From NCBI GenBank assembly GCA_951406725.2, contig OX597820.1, positions 8,680,001 through 8,744,000 of the forward strand: 64,000 bases of DNA, given 5' to 3'. Both the position numbers and the translations under genes were made by a program. Positions 51,571 to 64,000 of the stretch are shown one piece after another. How positions within the stretch are numbered: position 1 is the stretch's first letter; every line of letters begins with the position of its first letter. This stretch comes from Octopus vulgaris (taxonomy: Eukaryota). Below the pieces are notes generated by a model, which saw only the letters and a list, made by a program, of their open reading frames with translations, searched no databases and had not been told where the DNA came from.

Positions 51571-52970
51571 CGGAGTCTGTTCCAGTCTGTTTTGGCTTGG
51601 TTTCTACAGCTGGATGCCCTTCCTAATGCCAACCATTTGACAGAGTTTACTGCATATTTTCTACATAGCACCACCACTTTTCATGCGGCACTATCGCTAG
51701 TGCATTTTGGGTGTTAGATGAAATTGCAAGTGGGGAAAGGTCTAACCTAATCCATGCCAACAGCAAAAGCAGATATAAAATGATGTCAACGATGCAAGTT
51801 GAGCCATTGACAGTCGGCTTGACCTGCTACAAAGAGCAGCTAAATTATTCCTCAGATCATACCTTACTCTCTTTAGAAATAGAACTTGTGGAATAACATA
51901 ACACTCAATAAACAGTGTCTGATTAAAAGACTGCACCCACTAGAATCATAAGTCCACTCAAGGTGGTAAACTGGCAGAATCGTTAGCACGCCGGGCGAAA
52001 TGCTTAGCAGTATTTCGTTTGCTGTTACATCCTGTGTTCAAATTCTGCCGAGGTCGACTTTGCCTTTCATCCTTTCGGGGTCGATAAATTAAGTACAAGT
52101 TACGCACTGGGGTCGATGTAATCGACTTAATCCCTTTGTTTGGCCCCCCTCTATGTTTAGCCCCTTGTGGGCAATAAAGAAATAAGATGATGTATGTCTT
52201 TGAGGAGATAAGGTGAAGAGGCTTGAATCCCGAACTCCATATGGGTCTCACCAGCATGACATAGAGCAGTAGGAATATGGCTGCTGTGAGCATTCCGAAT
52301 GACCGTCGAATCAAAAACAGGACTCCGCGTGCTTTGTTGGCAGCATGGACGCACTGGAGTCTGTTCCAGTCTGTTTTGGCTTGGTTTCTACATCTGGATG
52401 CCCTTCCTAATGCCAACCATTTTACAGAGTTTACTGCATATTTTCTACATAGCACCACCACTTTTCATGCGGCACTATCGCTAGTGCATTTTGGGTGTTA
52501 GATGAAATTGCAAGTGGGGAAAGGTCTAACCTAATCCATGCCAACAGCAAAAGCAGATATAAAATAATGACAACGATGCAAGTTGAGCCACTGACAGTCG
52601 GCTTGACCTGCTACAAAGAGCAGCTAAATTATTCCTCAGATCATACCTTACTCTCTTTAGAAATAGAACATGTGGAATAACATAACACTCAATAAACAGT
52701 GTCTGATTAAAAGACTGCACCCACTAGAATCATAAGTCCACTCAAGGTGGTAAACTGGCAGAATCGTTAGCACGCCGGGCGAAATGCTTAGCAGTATTTC
52801 GTTTGCTGTTACATCCCGAGTTCAAATTCTGCCGAGGTCGACTTTGCCTTTCATCCTTTCGGGGTCGATAAATTAAGTACAAGTTACGCACTGGGGTCGA
52901 TGTAATCGACTTAATCCCTTTGTTTGTCCCCCCCTCTATGTTTAGCCCCTTGTGGGCAATAAAGAAATAA
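51401..52970. repeat. Tandem duplication, unit about 784 bp
   Basis: agatgatgtatgtctttgagg at 51401 and 52185; paired ORFs at 51711 and 52495. Confidence 0.93.
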
Positions 52971-54492
52971 GAATCATAAGTCCACTCAATCAGGACTAAA
53001 CAAAATACCCCACATTTATGACAATCACCACACATCTTTCCTCACAAACTTACATTTGAATATCTTTTGTAACTAGAAGTATGTGTCAACTTTTACTCTA
53101 TTAGCTGGTGGGCACTTTGAAAGCATAGCAACCAGAAAAGGATTGAAAAGACAAGGAAGAACACACTGGATAATGTGAGGTTCCACATACAGTTTTAACC
53201 CTTTCCTTACCAAACTGGCTGAATCCGCCTCTGGCTCTGTAATATAAATGTCTTGTTTACATAAGTTTTTAATTAAAACCTTCCACCAAACCTTAGCCAC
53301 AATTTATGTTCCTAACACTAGCTTAATGATAACCAAGTTATTTTACTAAATTCTTTGCTATATCTAAAATAATTGAGAGAAACACAGATCACATCATCAT
53401 CGTTTAACGTCTGCTTTCCGTGCTAGTATGGGTTGGACGATTTTGACTGAGGGCTGGTGAACCAGATGGCTGCACCAGGCTCCAATCTTGATTTGGCAGA
53501 GTTTCTACAACTGGATGCCCTTCCTAACGCCAACCACTCCGAGAGTGTAGTGGGTGCTTTTTACGTGCCACCGGCGCAGGGGCCAGTCAGGCGGTACTAA
53601 ATGCGTAGCCGTATTTCGTCTGCCATTACGTTCTGAGTTCAAATTCCGCCGAGGTCAACTTTGCCTTTCATCCTTTCGGGGTCGATAAATTAAGTACCAG
53701 TTACGCACTGGGGTCGATGTAATCGACTTAATCCGTTTGTTTGTCCTCTCTGTGTTTAACCCCTTGTGGGTAGTAAAGAAATAGGTACTGGCAACGACCT
53801 GGCTCGAATCCTTTTACACATGCCACCAGCACAGGTGCCAGTAAGGCGCTCAAAATAAATAGAGTAACGAAAGGGTTAAAAGAAAAACAGAAGATAATCA
53901 CAGTTGGAAAGCCTGTGATTTTAAGTTTGCTTGCTCAGAGCTGATTTTGGAGGGGGAGAGATACACAACAAAGAACTGGACTGGTCAGTGGAGAAAGTAC
54001 AAGTAACAAGACCCAATACACAACCACTGCATGTCTATTTGTGTACTATCATGACCCATCCCTCTTCCTAGAATAATCTAAAGACAATGGAATCTCGTGT
54101 CTTTGGCTGTTATTTCCAGCACATAGTGGTGTCTAAAACTAAATAAAAAAAACTTGCATCTTCTACTATAACGACTGGAACACATCTGAGTCTTTTTTTC
54201 TGGTCGATAAGGACTGACCTGGGGCTGCACAAGAAGTCCAAAAGTGATGGGTTGTCTTTACACATCTGAACACAATTGGTGGGCAGGAGAGACTAATAAA
54301 CGCGAAATAATTAATAACGGCCGATTACATAATGTTCCCTTTTTGGCTACAATTACATTTTTAAAAATTTTCTCAGGGTTACTTTTGTTGATGTACACAA
54401 TGTCTCTACCAAAACATAAATGATCAAAAAGAAAATGTCTTAAGTATTCGATTCTGATAACATCGAAAGTAAAATACGTACACCCGGTGATT

Positions 54493-55226
54493 GGTACTAC
54501 TAGCGAACAGTGGTCCCGGTGCGCGCACTCGTGCTGGCTTTGTTTACATTTCTGAAGATAACAGAAACCCTTTTCTCCCACCCCTAACCCCCCCATATAT
54601 ATATAAAAAAAACACTTTCTTGAAATGTATCCGGTACCTATACCGAAGTTACGCCCAAAAATTATTTACTTTACTCTTTTACTTGTTTCAGTCATTTGAC
54701 TGTGGCCATGCTGGAGCACCGCCTTTAGTCGAGCAAATCGACCCCGGGACTTATTCTTTGTAAGCCTAGTACTTATTCTATCGGTCTCTTTTGCCGAACC
54801 GCTAAGTTACGGGGACGTAAACACATCAACATCGGTTGTCAAGCAATGCTAAGGAACAAACACACACAGGCATATATATATACATATATACGAGTCTTCT
54901 TTCAGTTTCCGTCTAACAAATCCACTGACAAGGCATTAGTCGGCCCGGGGCTATAGCAGAAGACACTTGCCCAAGATACCACGCAGTGGGACTGAACCCG
55001 GAACCATGTGGTTGGTTAGCAAGCTACTACTTACCACACAGCCACTCGTGTAAAAAAAATCATTTATTTTGTGTCTTATTTACTTTGCTAGATAGTCGTG
55101 GTACTACTAGCGATTAATGGTCCCGGTGCGCGCAAGTCGTTGTAGGATCGACTAGTCACGACTAGCCAGCGCGGATGCTTGACTACGCGAGTGCGCGCAC
55201 CGGGACCACTGGTATCAAGTAGCACC
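54493..55226. mobile_element. Unclassified TIR element (~41-bp TIRs) with nested SINE, flanked by 21-bp direct repeats
   Basis: GGTACTACT...GTGGTCCCGGTGCGCGCACTCG and its inverse at 55186-55226; third copy at 55100. Confidence 0.75.
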
Positions 55227-55667
55227 GTAAATACGTACACCCGGTGATTTAGGGTCGGGGTTATTGTTAGGCCGAAAACGAGTTCTTTACCTCTGCCACC
55301 TTATAACATGATGAGGTGAAGTCTTTTGTGTCTAATGATGAGAAATCGCCGGAGTTTTCAAACAGTCGTCCCTCCGGCCTCAATGAGAAAGGAACAGACT
55401 CCATTTCATTCGGTTTTTTTCAGAATTCCTATTTTATCGAAAGTAATTACGATTCTAGGACTGGTTTTTTTTCTTTTTTCTTAATTTCAAATTCCGTTTT
55501 CCTCCTTCCCTTTCATTTGTCACGATTAGATGTGGGAGACATAAATGATGAAATTAATGATGTAGAGCAGCAGTAATTATCAATCAATCAATTTCTAATA
55601 CAGTACAGTTAACCACTTACAAGTGTATCAATCGGGATATATAATATAACAGAGTTAAACTACTTAC

Positions 55668-55727
55668 GAGCCCGTCAATCTGGACATAATCGATCACGCT
55701 TTCTTTCGCAGACTTTCTGGTCGCCAT
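55668..55727 (-). CDS. EIF3H: eIF3 subunit H, coding exon 1 (MATRKSAKESVIDYVQIDGL)
   Basis: ATG in caaaaATGGCG context; ends CTC|gtaagt, phase 0; VQIDGL joins VVLKLVKH of exon 2 as in the eIF3h N-terminus. Confidence 0.93.
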
Positions 55728-55777
55728 TTTTGCGGTGGAGAAAGGCGGAAGTACTGACGGATTGTGGGACCGGAAGT
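55722..55777 (-). promoter_or_regulatory. eIF3H core promoter: two ETS/GABP-type sites, TCT/5'TOP-like start, YY1/TISU-like motif over the ATG
   Basis: GCGGAAGT 55745-52, CCGGAAGT 55770-77; minus strand reads CCTTTCTCC then AAAATGGCG. Confidence 0.65.
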
Positions 55778-55935
55778 TGGAAATGTGTCAGCTGACTTTC
55801 CCACAAGTTTCGAAAATGTTGTCTCTGCGGAGAGTGACTTTCTTTTTTGTGCCTTATTTATGAGAGTCAGAACTATTGAAAAGGTTGCAAGAGGTTCAAC
55901 GGAAATTTTAGGGAAATAAAAATAAGAAAACAGTG

Positions 55936-56719
55936 GGATCTTTTCGATTTGAACTGCAGTTTTTAACATAATTTCTAGGTAACTAAAAAGTTTTAAACTT
56001 CGTATACCGGTAGAATGTGTTTTTAAAACATCTTTTTCTCTTGGCTTTATTGAGAAAATTCTATACTCTTTTACGTGTTTCAGTCATTTGACTGCGGCCA
56101 TGCTGGAGCACCGCCTTTAGTCGAGCAAATTGACCCCGGGACTTATTCTTTGTAAGTCTAGTACTTATTCTATCGGTTTCTTTTGCCGAACCGCTAAGTG
56201 ACAGGGGACGTAAACACACCAGCATCGGTTGTCAAGCAATGCTAGTGGGGAACAGACACACAAACACATACACATATATACGACAGGCTTCTTTCAGTTT
56301 CCGTCTACCAAATCCACTCACAAGGCATTGGTTGGCCCGGGGCTAAAGCAGAAGACACTTGTCCAAGATGCCACGCAGTGGGACTGAACCTGGGACCATG
56401 TGGTTGGTTAGCAAGCTACTACTTACCACATAGCCACTCCTGCGCCTATAGTTTGTAAGATATTTGTTGTTGTTTTTTCTGCAAATTTCAACCAATCACT
56501 GACGTCCATTGAGGTTAACAACATTCTTTGCCGTATGAATATGTCCCTCGTTTAAGAAGCAGATTGGGTCTATTTACATTTGTGAAGAAAAAAAGGATAC
56601 CCTTCCCCCTAACCCTAAAACAGATTGAAATGCAATAGATCGATACCAGGGTCATAATTATGGGTGTCAATTTCATATGACACCGCTAGAAAAAACTGCC
56701 GGTCAAGCCGAAAAGATCC
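55936..56719. mobile_element. Unclassified non-autonomous TIR element with nested SINE
   Basis: ggatcttttcgatttgaactgcagttttt versus aaaaactgccggtcaagccgaaaagatcc; internal ccctaaccctaa. Confidence 0.72.
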
Positions 56720-56821
56720 ATTGACTCTCCCCCAGACACAATAGAATATGCTTCAACACACGAATTCATATAGAGAATCTTGCAAACCAAATCCAAAAAA
56801 CGAAATACGAAAATGTTGTGT

Positions 56822-57571
56822 GGCGATGTTTCGCATGTCGTAGCACAAGTTTTCCGTCGATTTCCGTAAAAAACTTTTATTTTTTTACATTAGTAATGAG
56901 AGCGAAAGAGACTAAGAGAAAGCGATTTTATGACGAGGAAGTTTCTCTTTGAAGTTACCGTCTAGGGGAAGCATCGATGTACATGTGTGTGTTTGATGGG
57001 GTGTGGGAGACAGACAGTATGTTGTGTAAGTGAAGTGCTTCTGTTAGTGTGTGTGAAGAGACAGAGAGAGTAATGTGTGAAAGAGAGATAACTGATTTTT
57101 TACTCGGTGTGTGTGTATATGTATGTATGTGTGTGTGTGTATGTATGTATGGCCGATTCATCGTAATTACAATGAATCGGCCATACATACATACACACAC
57201 ACACACATACATACACACACACACACATAGATACATACACACACACACACATACATACATACATATACACACACACAGAGTAAAAAATCAGTTATCTCTC
57301 TCTTTCACACATTACTCTCTCTGTCTCTTCACACACACTAACAGAAGCACTTCACTTACACAACATACTGTCTGTCTCCCACACCCCATCAAACACACAC
57401 ACACACACATGTACATCAATGCTTCCCCTAGACGGTAACTTCAAAGAGAAACTTCCTCGTCATAAAATCGCTTTCTCTTAGTCTCTTTCGCTCTCATTAC
57501 TTATGTAAAAAAATAAAAGTTTTTTACGGAAATCGACGGAAAACTTGTGCTACGACAACCGAAACGTTGCC
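56822..57571. repeat. ~750-bp near-perfect palindrome with essentially no spacer
   Basis: Centre ggccgattcatcgtaa|ttacaatgaatcggcc; arms differ mainly in microsatellite length. Confidence 0.95.
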
Positions 57572-58871
57572 TGTTGTGTTACTGAAACTCCAGTCGTTGT
57601 GGGGAATCTCTCTTTTATGCATGTTAAAGGGAAAACATGAGATTGCTTCCGAGGTAGACAACTGCTTGAACGTTTTTCGAAAGCATGAATACTTTCCCTA
57701 CACGACGTCTACTGCTCCTAAGCACTGTATACAATAATTTTATTATTTATTATTATTATTATTAATGGCAGAAACGTTAGCACGCCGGGCGAAATGCGTA
57801 GCCGTTACGTTCTGAGTTTAAATTCCACCGAGGTCGACTTTGCCTTTCATCCTTTCGGGGTTGATAAACTAAGTACCAGTTACGCACTGGGGTCGATATA
57901 ATCGACTTAATCCATCTGTCTGTCTTTGTTTGGCCCCTTGTGGGTAGTAAAGAAATAGGTATCTCGTCTGCCGCTATGTTCTGAGTTCAAATTCCGCCGA
58001 GGTCGACTTTGCCTTTCATCCTTTCGGGGTTGATAAACTAAGTACCAGTTACGCACTGGGGTCGATATAATCGACTTATCTGTCTGTCTTTGTTTGTCCT
58101 CTCTGTGTTTGGCCCCTTGTGGGTAGTAAAGAAATAGGTATTTCGTCTGTCTTTATGTTCTGAGTTCAAATTCCGCCGAAGTCGACTTTGCCTTTCATCC
58201 TTTCGGGGTTGATAAATTAACTGCCAGTTGCGTACTGGAATCGATCTAATCGACTGGCCCCCTCCCTCAAAATTTCAGGCCTTGTGCCTAGAGTAGAAAA
58301 GAATTATTCTTCTTATTATTATTATTGACAGAATCATCAGTGCTTCGGAAAAAATGCTCATCAGTATTTCTTTGAGCTCTTTAAGTTCTTAGTTCGAATT
58401 TTGCTGAGCTCAGCTTGTCTTTTGAGGATCGATTAAATAAGGTCAATCAATTAAGACGATTGCAACGAAAAAAAAACGCGGAAGACTGGGTTTAAAGGGG
58501 AATTTCCGAGGATCCAACTCACCCTCCGTTTTCTGCGGGGAAAAATGCATTTCCGACAGCTTACGAGGTCAACTAAGACGATTGCACCCCAAAAATTATT
58601 TACTACCGAAATTGAGTCTGTTGCAAAACTATAAATTTACCAAAATGGTAAACGGAAAGTACCACTTGAGCACTGGAGTCGATGTAATCGACTAAATACA
58701 TTCCCTTAAAATTGCTGGCTTTGGGACAAAATTTGGAACCATTTTTTCTTTCTTTTTTCACTTTTGTTTCAATTTCTTGTTGAGTGTCTTCTCAACTCAC
58801 TACTTCTAATGCTATTGATAATAAGAATAATAGTAAATACAACAGTGACAATAAATACTCTAAAATAAAGG

Positions 58872-60462
58872 AACTAGGGATAGATGAGTGGTTGGTGAGA
58901 GAGCTGTACAAGCCATGTACAGGGATGCTGTCAGTAAGGTGAGGGTGGCAACGAGTATAGTGAAGGAATCCAGGTAGAAGTAGGGGTTCACCAAGGATCA
59001 GTTCTCAGCTCCTCTTATTCACCAAAGTCCTCCAGGCAATCAGAGAATTCAAGACAGGCTGCCTCTGGGAGCTCCTCCATGCTAATGACCTTGCTCTAAT
59101 ACCTGAGTCACTGCCAGAACTAGAGAAGTGTCAGGTGTGGAAACAAGGATTAGAATCGAAGGGCCTTAGAGTCAACACAGCAAAAACCTAAGTCTTAATA
59201 AATAGGAAGGCAGATAAACCATAAATCCCGTCAGGTAGATGGCCCTGCTCAATCTGTAGAAAAGGTGTAGGTAGAAACTCCATATGATGTACTTGGTGTA
59301 AGTTATGGACGCATAAAAGGTGCAGCAATATCAAAGGAAGGTTAATTGGGAGGATGGTTTTTGTGTGTGGTAGATGCACAGGTGCAATAAACACTGAAGA
59401 TGTGCAGAAATCAGCTTCCATCACATGCCAGGGGAAAAAACTAGAAGTAGTTGATAGTTTCCATTACCTAGGTGACCAAGTCAGTAACGTGGGGGTGGAT
59501 GCTTTGAGAGCATAGCTGCTAGAATAAGAATAGCCTGGGTAAAGTTCTGAGAGCTCCTACCTCTGCTGGTAACAAAGAGCTTCTCACTCAGAGTGAAAAG
59601 TAGCCTGTATGACACATGTGCAAATAGCCATGCTACACAGTAGTAAAACATGGGCTGTGACTGTTGAGGACATATGTAAGCTTGCAAGAAAGGAAGCCAG
59701 TATGCTCTGCTAGACGTGTTATGTCAGTGTGCATATACGACAGAGTGTAAGTATCCTTAGAAAAAAGCTTGACATAAGCATTAGATTGGGTGTGCAAGAG
59801 AGACAACTGCACTGGTATGGCCATGTGTTGCATATGGATGAGCTGCATGAAGAAGTGTCACATCCATAAGTGGAGGGAACATGTGGAAGAGGTAGACCCA
59901 GGAAGACGTGGGAAGCGGTGATGAAGCACAACCTTCAAACGTTGAGCCTCAGAGAGTCAATGACAAGCGACCAAGACCTTTGGAGATATGCTGTGCTTCA
60001 GAAGACCTGGCAAGCCGAGTGAGATTGTAGCATGGCCAATGCTAGTATCGCATAACTGGCCCCTTTAAAAGAACCCTCCAATTGTCAGGCAATATGTTGT
60101 GCTTGAGAAGACCTGGTAAATGGAATGAAATTGTAGTTGCAGCTAATGTCAGTGCCACCTGACTGGCACCTGTGCCAGTGCAATGTAAAAAGCACCACTT
60201 GAGCATGGCCAATACCAGTGCTGCGTGACTGGCTCCCATGCTGAAGGCACATAAAAAGCACCAATAGAGTGTAGTCAATGCCAGTGGCACACAAAATGCA
60301 CACTCTACACTCTGGGGGTTGTTGGCATCAGGAAGGATATCCAGCTGTAGAAACCTTGCCAAATCAGATTGGAGCCTGGTGCAGCCTCTCAGCTTGCCAG
60401 TTCACAGTCAAACTGTCCAACCCATGCCAGCATAGAAAACAGACGTTAAATGATGATGATGA
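58872..60462 (+). mobile_element. RTE LINE fragment with (GAT)n tail
   Basis: Homologous to the 37385 and 41720 copies. Confidence 0.85.
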
Positions 60463-61319
60463 AAGTATATATGAGGGATATGAGTCTGACAGACCCAGTT
60501 CAATCTGATATCGGTATCTTAGTAATAACACTAACTGCAAATATATTTTAAAGGAGCCTAATAGGAAAGAATACCACTGTAAAATATGTAGTGACTCTCT
60601 CTCTGTCACACAATGGTATTTTGTTTCTTGTTACCATTGTCAGAGTTGATGTTATACCAATAATGATGTGAGATTAAGCTGGTTATAATAATAATAATAA
60701 TAATGAAATTATTGTATACAGTGCTCAGGTGCACCACAACTTGTCAAAAGTGCGTATGAAGCATATGCAGTAATATAAAAATGTCTGGAAAGCGAACAGT
60801 CTATGAGTCAGATACATGCTTGCGTGTGTATGGAGGGGAGAAAATCAGGTGTAGTGTTGGCGAATCTCAGGAAGCATGGAAGTTTTGAAGGATGCAGTGC
60901 TCCGACAACTAACAACTGATGCTGGCAGTTTGTTCCATGCTTCAGCAACTCTTAGCATGAAAAAATGTTTCCGAAAGTCATGGGAACTGTGCTGTTTTCT
61001 GACTTTGTAAACATGTCCACATGTGTTAGACAGATGGAGTTTGAAAAGGTGCTCAGAGGAGTTAACTAACTGAGCACTCCAAAGACATGTGTATTCTTAT
61101 GTAGTTCAGGGAGATTCAGTGTAATACAGAGTGTAATAAGGCTGGCCCTTCATAATACAGGTACAAATCCCTTTTGCCAGCTGAGTGAACTGGAGCAACA
61201 TGAAATAAAGTTTTCTTGCTCAAGGACATAACCAGGAATCAAACTCACAACCTTGTGAGTCGAATACAGTTAGCACTAAGCCACATGCACCTTCATAGTT
61301 GTATCACAGCAACAATAGT

Positions 61320-61640
61320 GGAGGCCCAATGGCCCAGTGGTTAGGGCAGCGGACTCACGGTCGGAGAATCGCGGTTTCGATTCCCAGACCAGGCATTGTG
61401 TGTGTTTATTGAGTGCAAACACCTAAAGCTCCACGAGGCTCCGACAGGGGGTGGTGGCGACCCCTGTTGTACTCTTTCGCTCCAACTTTCTTTCACTCTT
61501 TCTTCCTGTTTCTTTCCCCCGACTTCCTACGCAACTGCAGAGCCTGGATGCGCATTCATCCATCCGTCGATGCTCTCGGTGTTGGGGTTTGACCTGCTTT
61601 CTCTTCTGCGGGTCTTACAAATAGCAAAGGACCACATTTC
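61320..61640 (+). mobile_element. tRNA-derived SINE family C. Others at 21615-21982(-), 33330-33648(-)
   Basis: ggaggcccaatggcccagtggttagggcagcggactc...ggtttcgattcc tRNA-like head. Confidence 0.85.
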
Positions 61641-64000
61641 GCTCAACAAACAAACAAACAGCAAAAGCAAAACTCAGGAACATTTAGCAAAAGATTTTAT
61701 TAATGGAAAGATGAGCATCATCATCATCATCATCGTTTAACGTCCGCTTTCCATGCTAGCATGGGTTGGACGGTTCAACTGGGGTCTGGTAAGCCCGAAG
61801 GCTGCACCAGGCCAGTCAGATCTGGCAGTGTTTCTACAGCTGGATGCCCTTCCTAACGCCAACCACTCCGAGAGTGTAGTGGGTGATTTTATGTGCCACC
61901 GACACAGGTGCCAGACGAGGCTGGCAGACGGCCACACTCGGATGGTGTTTTTTATGTGCCACCGACACAGGTGCCAGACGAGGCTGGCAGACGGCCACGC
62001 TCGAGCGAGCATAAAGAGATATACAAATTATCAAATCCTCACTGGTAGCAAAATTAGGATATGAGGACCAACCTAGGTGAATTTGCTTGGCCATTAATTA
62101 CCTGGAAGGTGTGAGACTGTCAAAAATTTTTGAAGCTTTTTTTCTTGATTTGCTTGGTGAGAACTGAGACGTTTCCTGCTTGAATGCCATCAGATTTCTG
62201 CAAAGGTTTTGGCACTAAACTGCTTAACTAGTGAAAAAGAGCACAAATCTCAAATACATCTGAAATGATGTTTTGACTAGTAGCATGATTTTCTGAAAGT
62301 TGATTGGTCAACAAATAGAACACCCACATTGATACATACATACCTCAGTTGTAATTAACTCACTCACACACCAGCACAGGTACCAACGTCGCCTTACTGG
62401 CACATGTGCCGGTGGCATGTGTAAAAAGATTCAAGCGAGGTCATTGCCTGTACTGCCTGACTGGCCCCCATGCTGGTGGCACATAAAAAGCACCCACTAC
62501 ACTCTCGGAGTGGTTGGCATTAGGAAGGGCATCCAGCTGTAGAAACTCTGCCAGATCAAGATTGGAGCCTGGTGCTGCCATCTGGTTCGCCAGCCCTCAG
62601 TCAAAATCGTCCAACCCATGCTAGCATGGAAAGCGGACGTTAAATTATGATGATGATGATGATGATAGCAAACTGGTAATTTAGAAAAGAGGTTTGAACT
62701 CTAGGGATTCCATTCGAAGACACCTGCTGCAAATTTAATGTTGTTTATAAATGTACAGTCTTTTACAAACAACAAAACTCTATCAGGGTCTGCATTGCAA
62801 TGGTAGCTCGTAGATAAAACTAGTGGGGTTGCTGCTTCAGAAAATTTTTAGCCATTGTTTTAATATTGTGTAAAAGGAAACAAATATATAAAAAGAAAAT
62901 TTATGCATAAACTTGAACAGTTTAGGCACAGGGGTGGCTGTGTGGTAAGTAGCTTGTTTACCAACCACATGGTTCCGGGTTCAGTCCCACTGCGTGGCAC
63001 CTTGGGCAAGTGTCTTCTACTATAGCCTCGGGCCAACCAAAGCCTTGTGAGTGGATTTGGTAGACGGAAACTGAAAGAAGCCCGTCGTATATATGTATAT
63101 ATATGCGTGTTTGTGTGAGTGAGTTTGTCCCCCTGGCATTGCTTGACAACTGATGCTGGTGTGTTTATGTTCCCGTTACTTAGCGGTTCGGCAAAAGAGA
63201 CCGATAGAATAAGTACTGGGCTTACAAAAAGAATAAGTCCCAGGGTCGAGTTGCTCGATTAAAGGCGGTGCTCCAGCATGGCCGCAGTCAAATGACTGAA
63301 ACAAGTAAAAGAGTAAAAGAGAGTTTGCATTTTAGCCACTGCTGGGTAGTGTGTTTAATTTGTTCACTGAACACTGCTGCGAATTCCCCCTTGTTTTTCA
63401 AAAATCCCTACTAAATCACAAAATAAGGTGGGGAAATGTGTCCTGCTTTTCAATCCTGGCAGCAACACTTAAGCTGGAAGCAGGATAATAATCTAATTCT
63501 ACACATTCAAGAATATAAACACGTTTTTAAGCACAACACACACAGAGTCAAAAAGAAATACTACCTCTCACAGGAAGACCAGGGTAAGCACTGTTGTTCA
63601 CGTAGTGCTCCCTCTCCCTAGCATGAAGCTTCCCATCTCAGACATGTGAGCATGTACACAACAGCCAAATGCCGCATTGCAGGAACTGTGAAGTGCACAG
63701 TTCTATTGAAGGATTTTTGTATTTTTCTCATAAACTAGGCGATGGCTACTAACAAGCTAAGGATTATATAATGTACAAATATAAAGAAAGAATTAAAGTA
63801 AAAAGGGCCCCTTATATTGAATGTTATCAATTAATATTCAGTGGAAATAAGGGCTTTGCATTTCCACAGTGACTATACACGAGCTACCACTGCTGCATTA
63901 GTACCACCATTAATTTTAAACCCTGATACCTAAGCTACCTGAGCTCTCTTAAATCTGCTAAACACACAAACACCAGCTAACCACATCATCATCATCGATT

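Noticed and set aside
55694-55969. 91-aa ORF over the eIF3H promoter
   Set aside because: Starts inside a transposon TIR, is out of frame with eIF3H and has no recognisable motif
56606-56618. ccctaaccctaa as an interstitial telomere
   Set aside because: Only two units, inside a TIR element
61320-61395. Possible tRNA gene
   Set aside because: Continues into a SINE body shared with 21615-21982 and 33330-33648; no poly-T terminator

Overview
Repeat-dense animal genomic DNA. The SINE families, (GAT)n-tailed RTE LINEs and pervasive (TA)n/(CA)n microsatellites suggest an octopus; this species call is from recall, not a search. Two host genes are supported, both on the minus strand. (1) A complete 6-exon eIF3H gene (ATG 55727, stop 32357, 331 aa); I checked all GT-AG junctions and phases by hand. 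(2) A CDP-alcohol phosphotransferase with an uninterrupted CDS (20101-21120) resembling ceramide phosphoethanolamine synthase. The rest is mostly mobile DNA: RTE and CR1-type LINEs, three tRNA-SINE families, a DD37E Tc1 element, piggyBac and its MITEs, Helitrons, an ORF1-only L1/Tx1-like insertion, and Penelope-like element (PLE) remnants. The most notable hidden signal is about 11 type-I hammerhead ribozyme motifs from several sequence families. They sit in short microsatellite-flanked, often foldback modules, many with long stem II insertions or a U4C core variant. One with an intact core lies in sense orientation inside eIF3H intron 2. All coordinates were read by eye; repeat boundaries are approximate.
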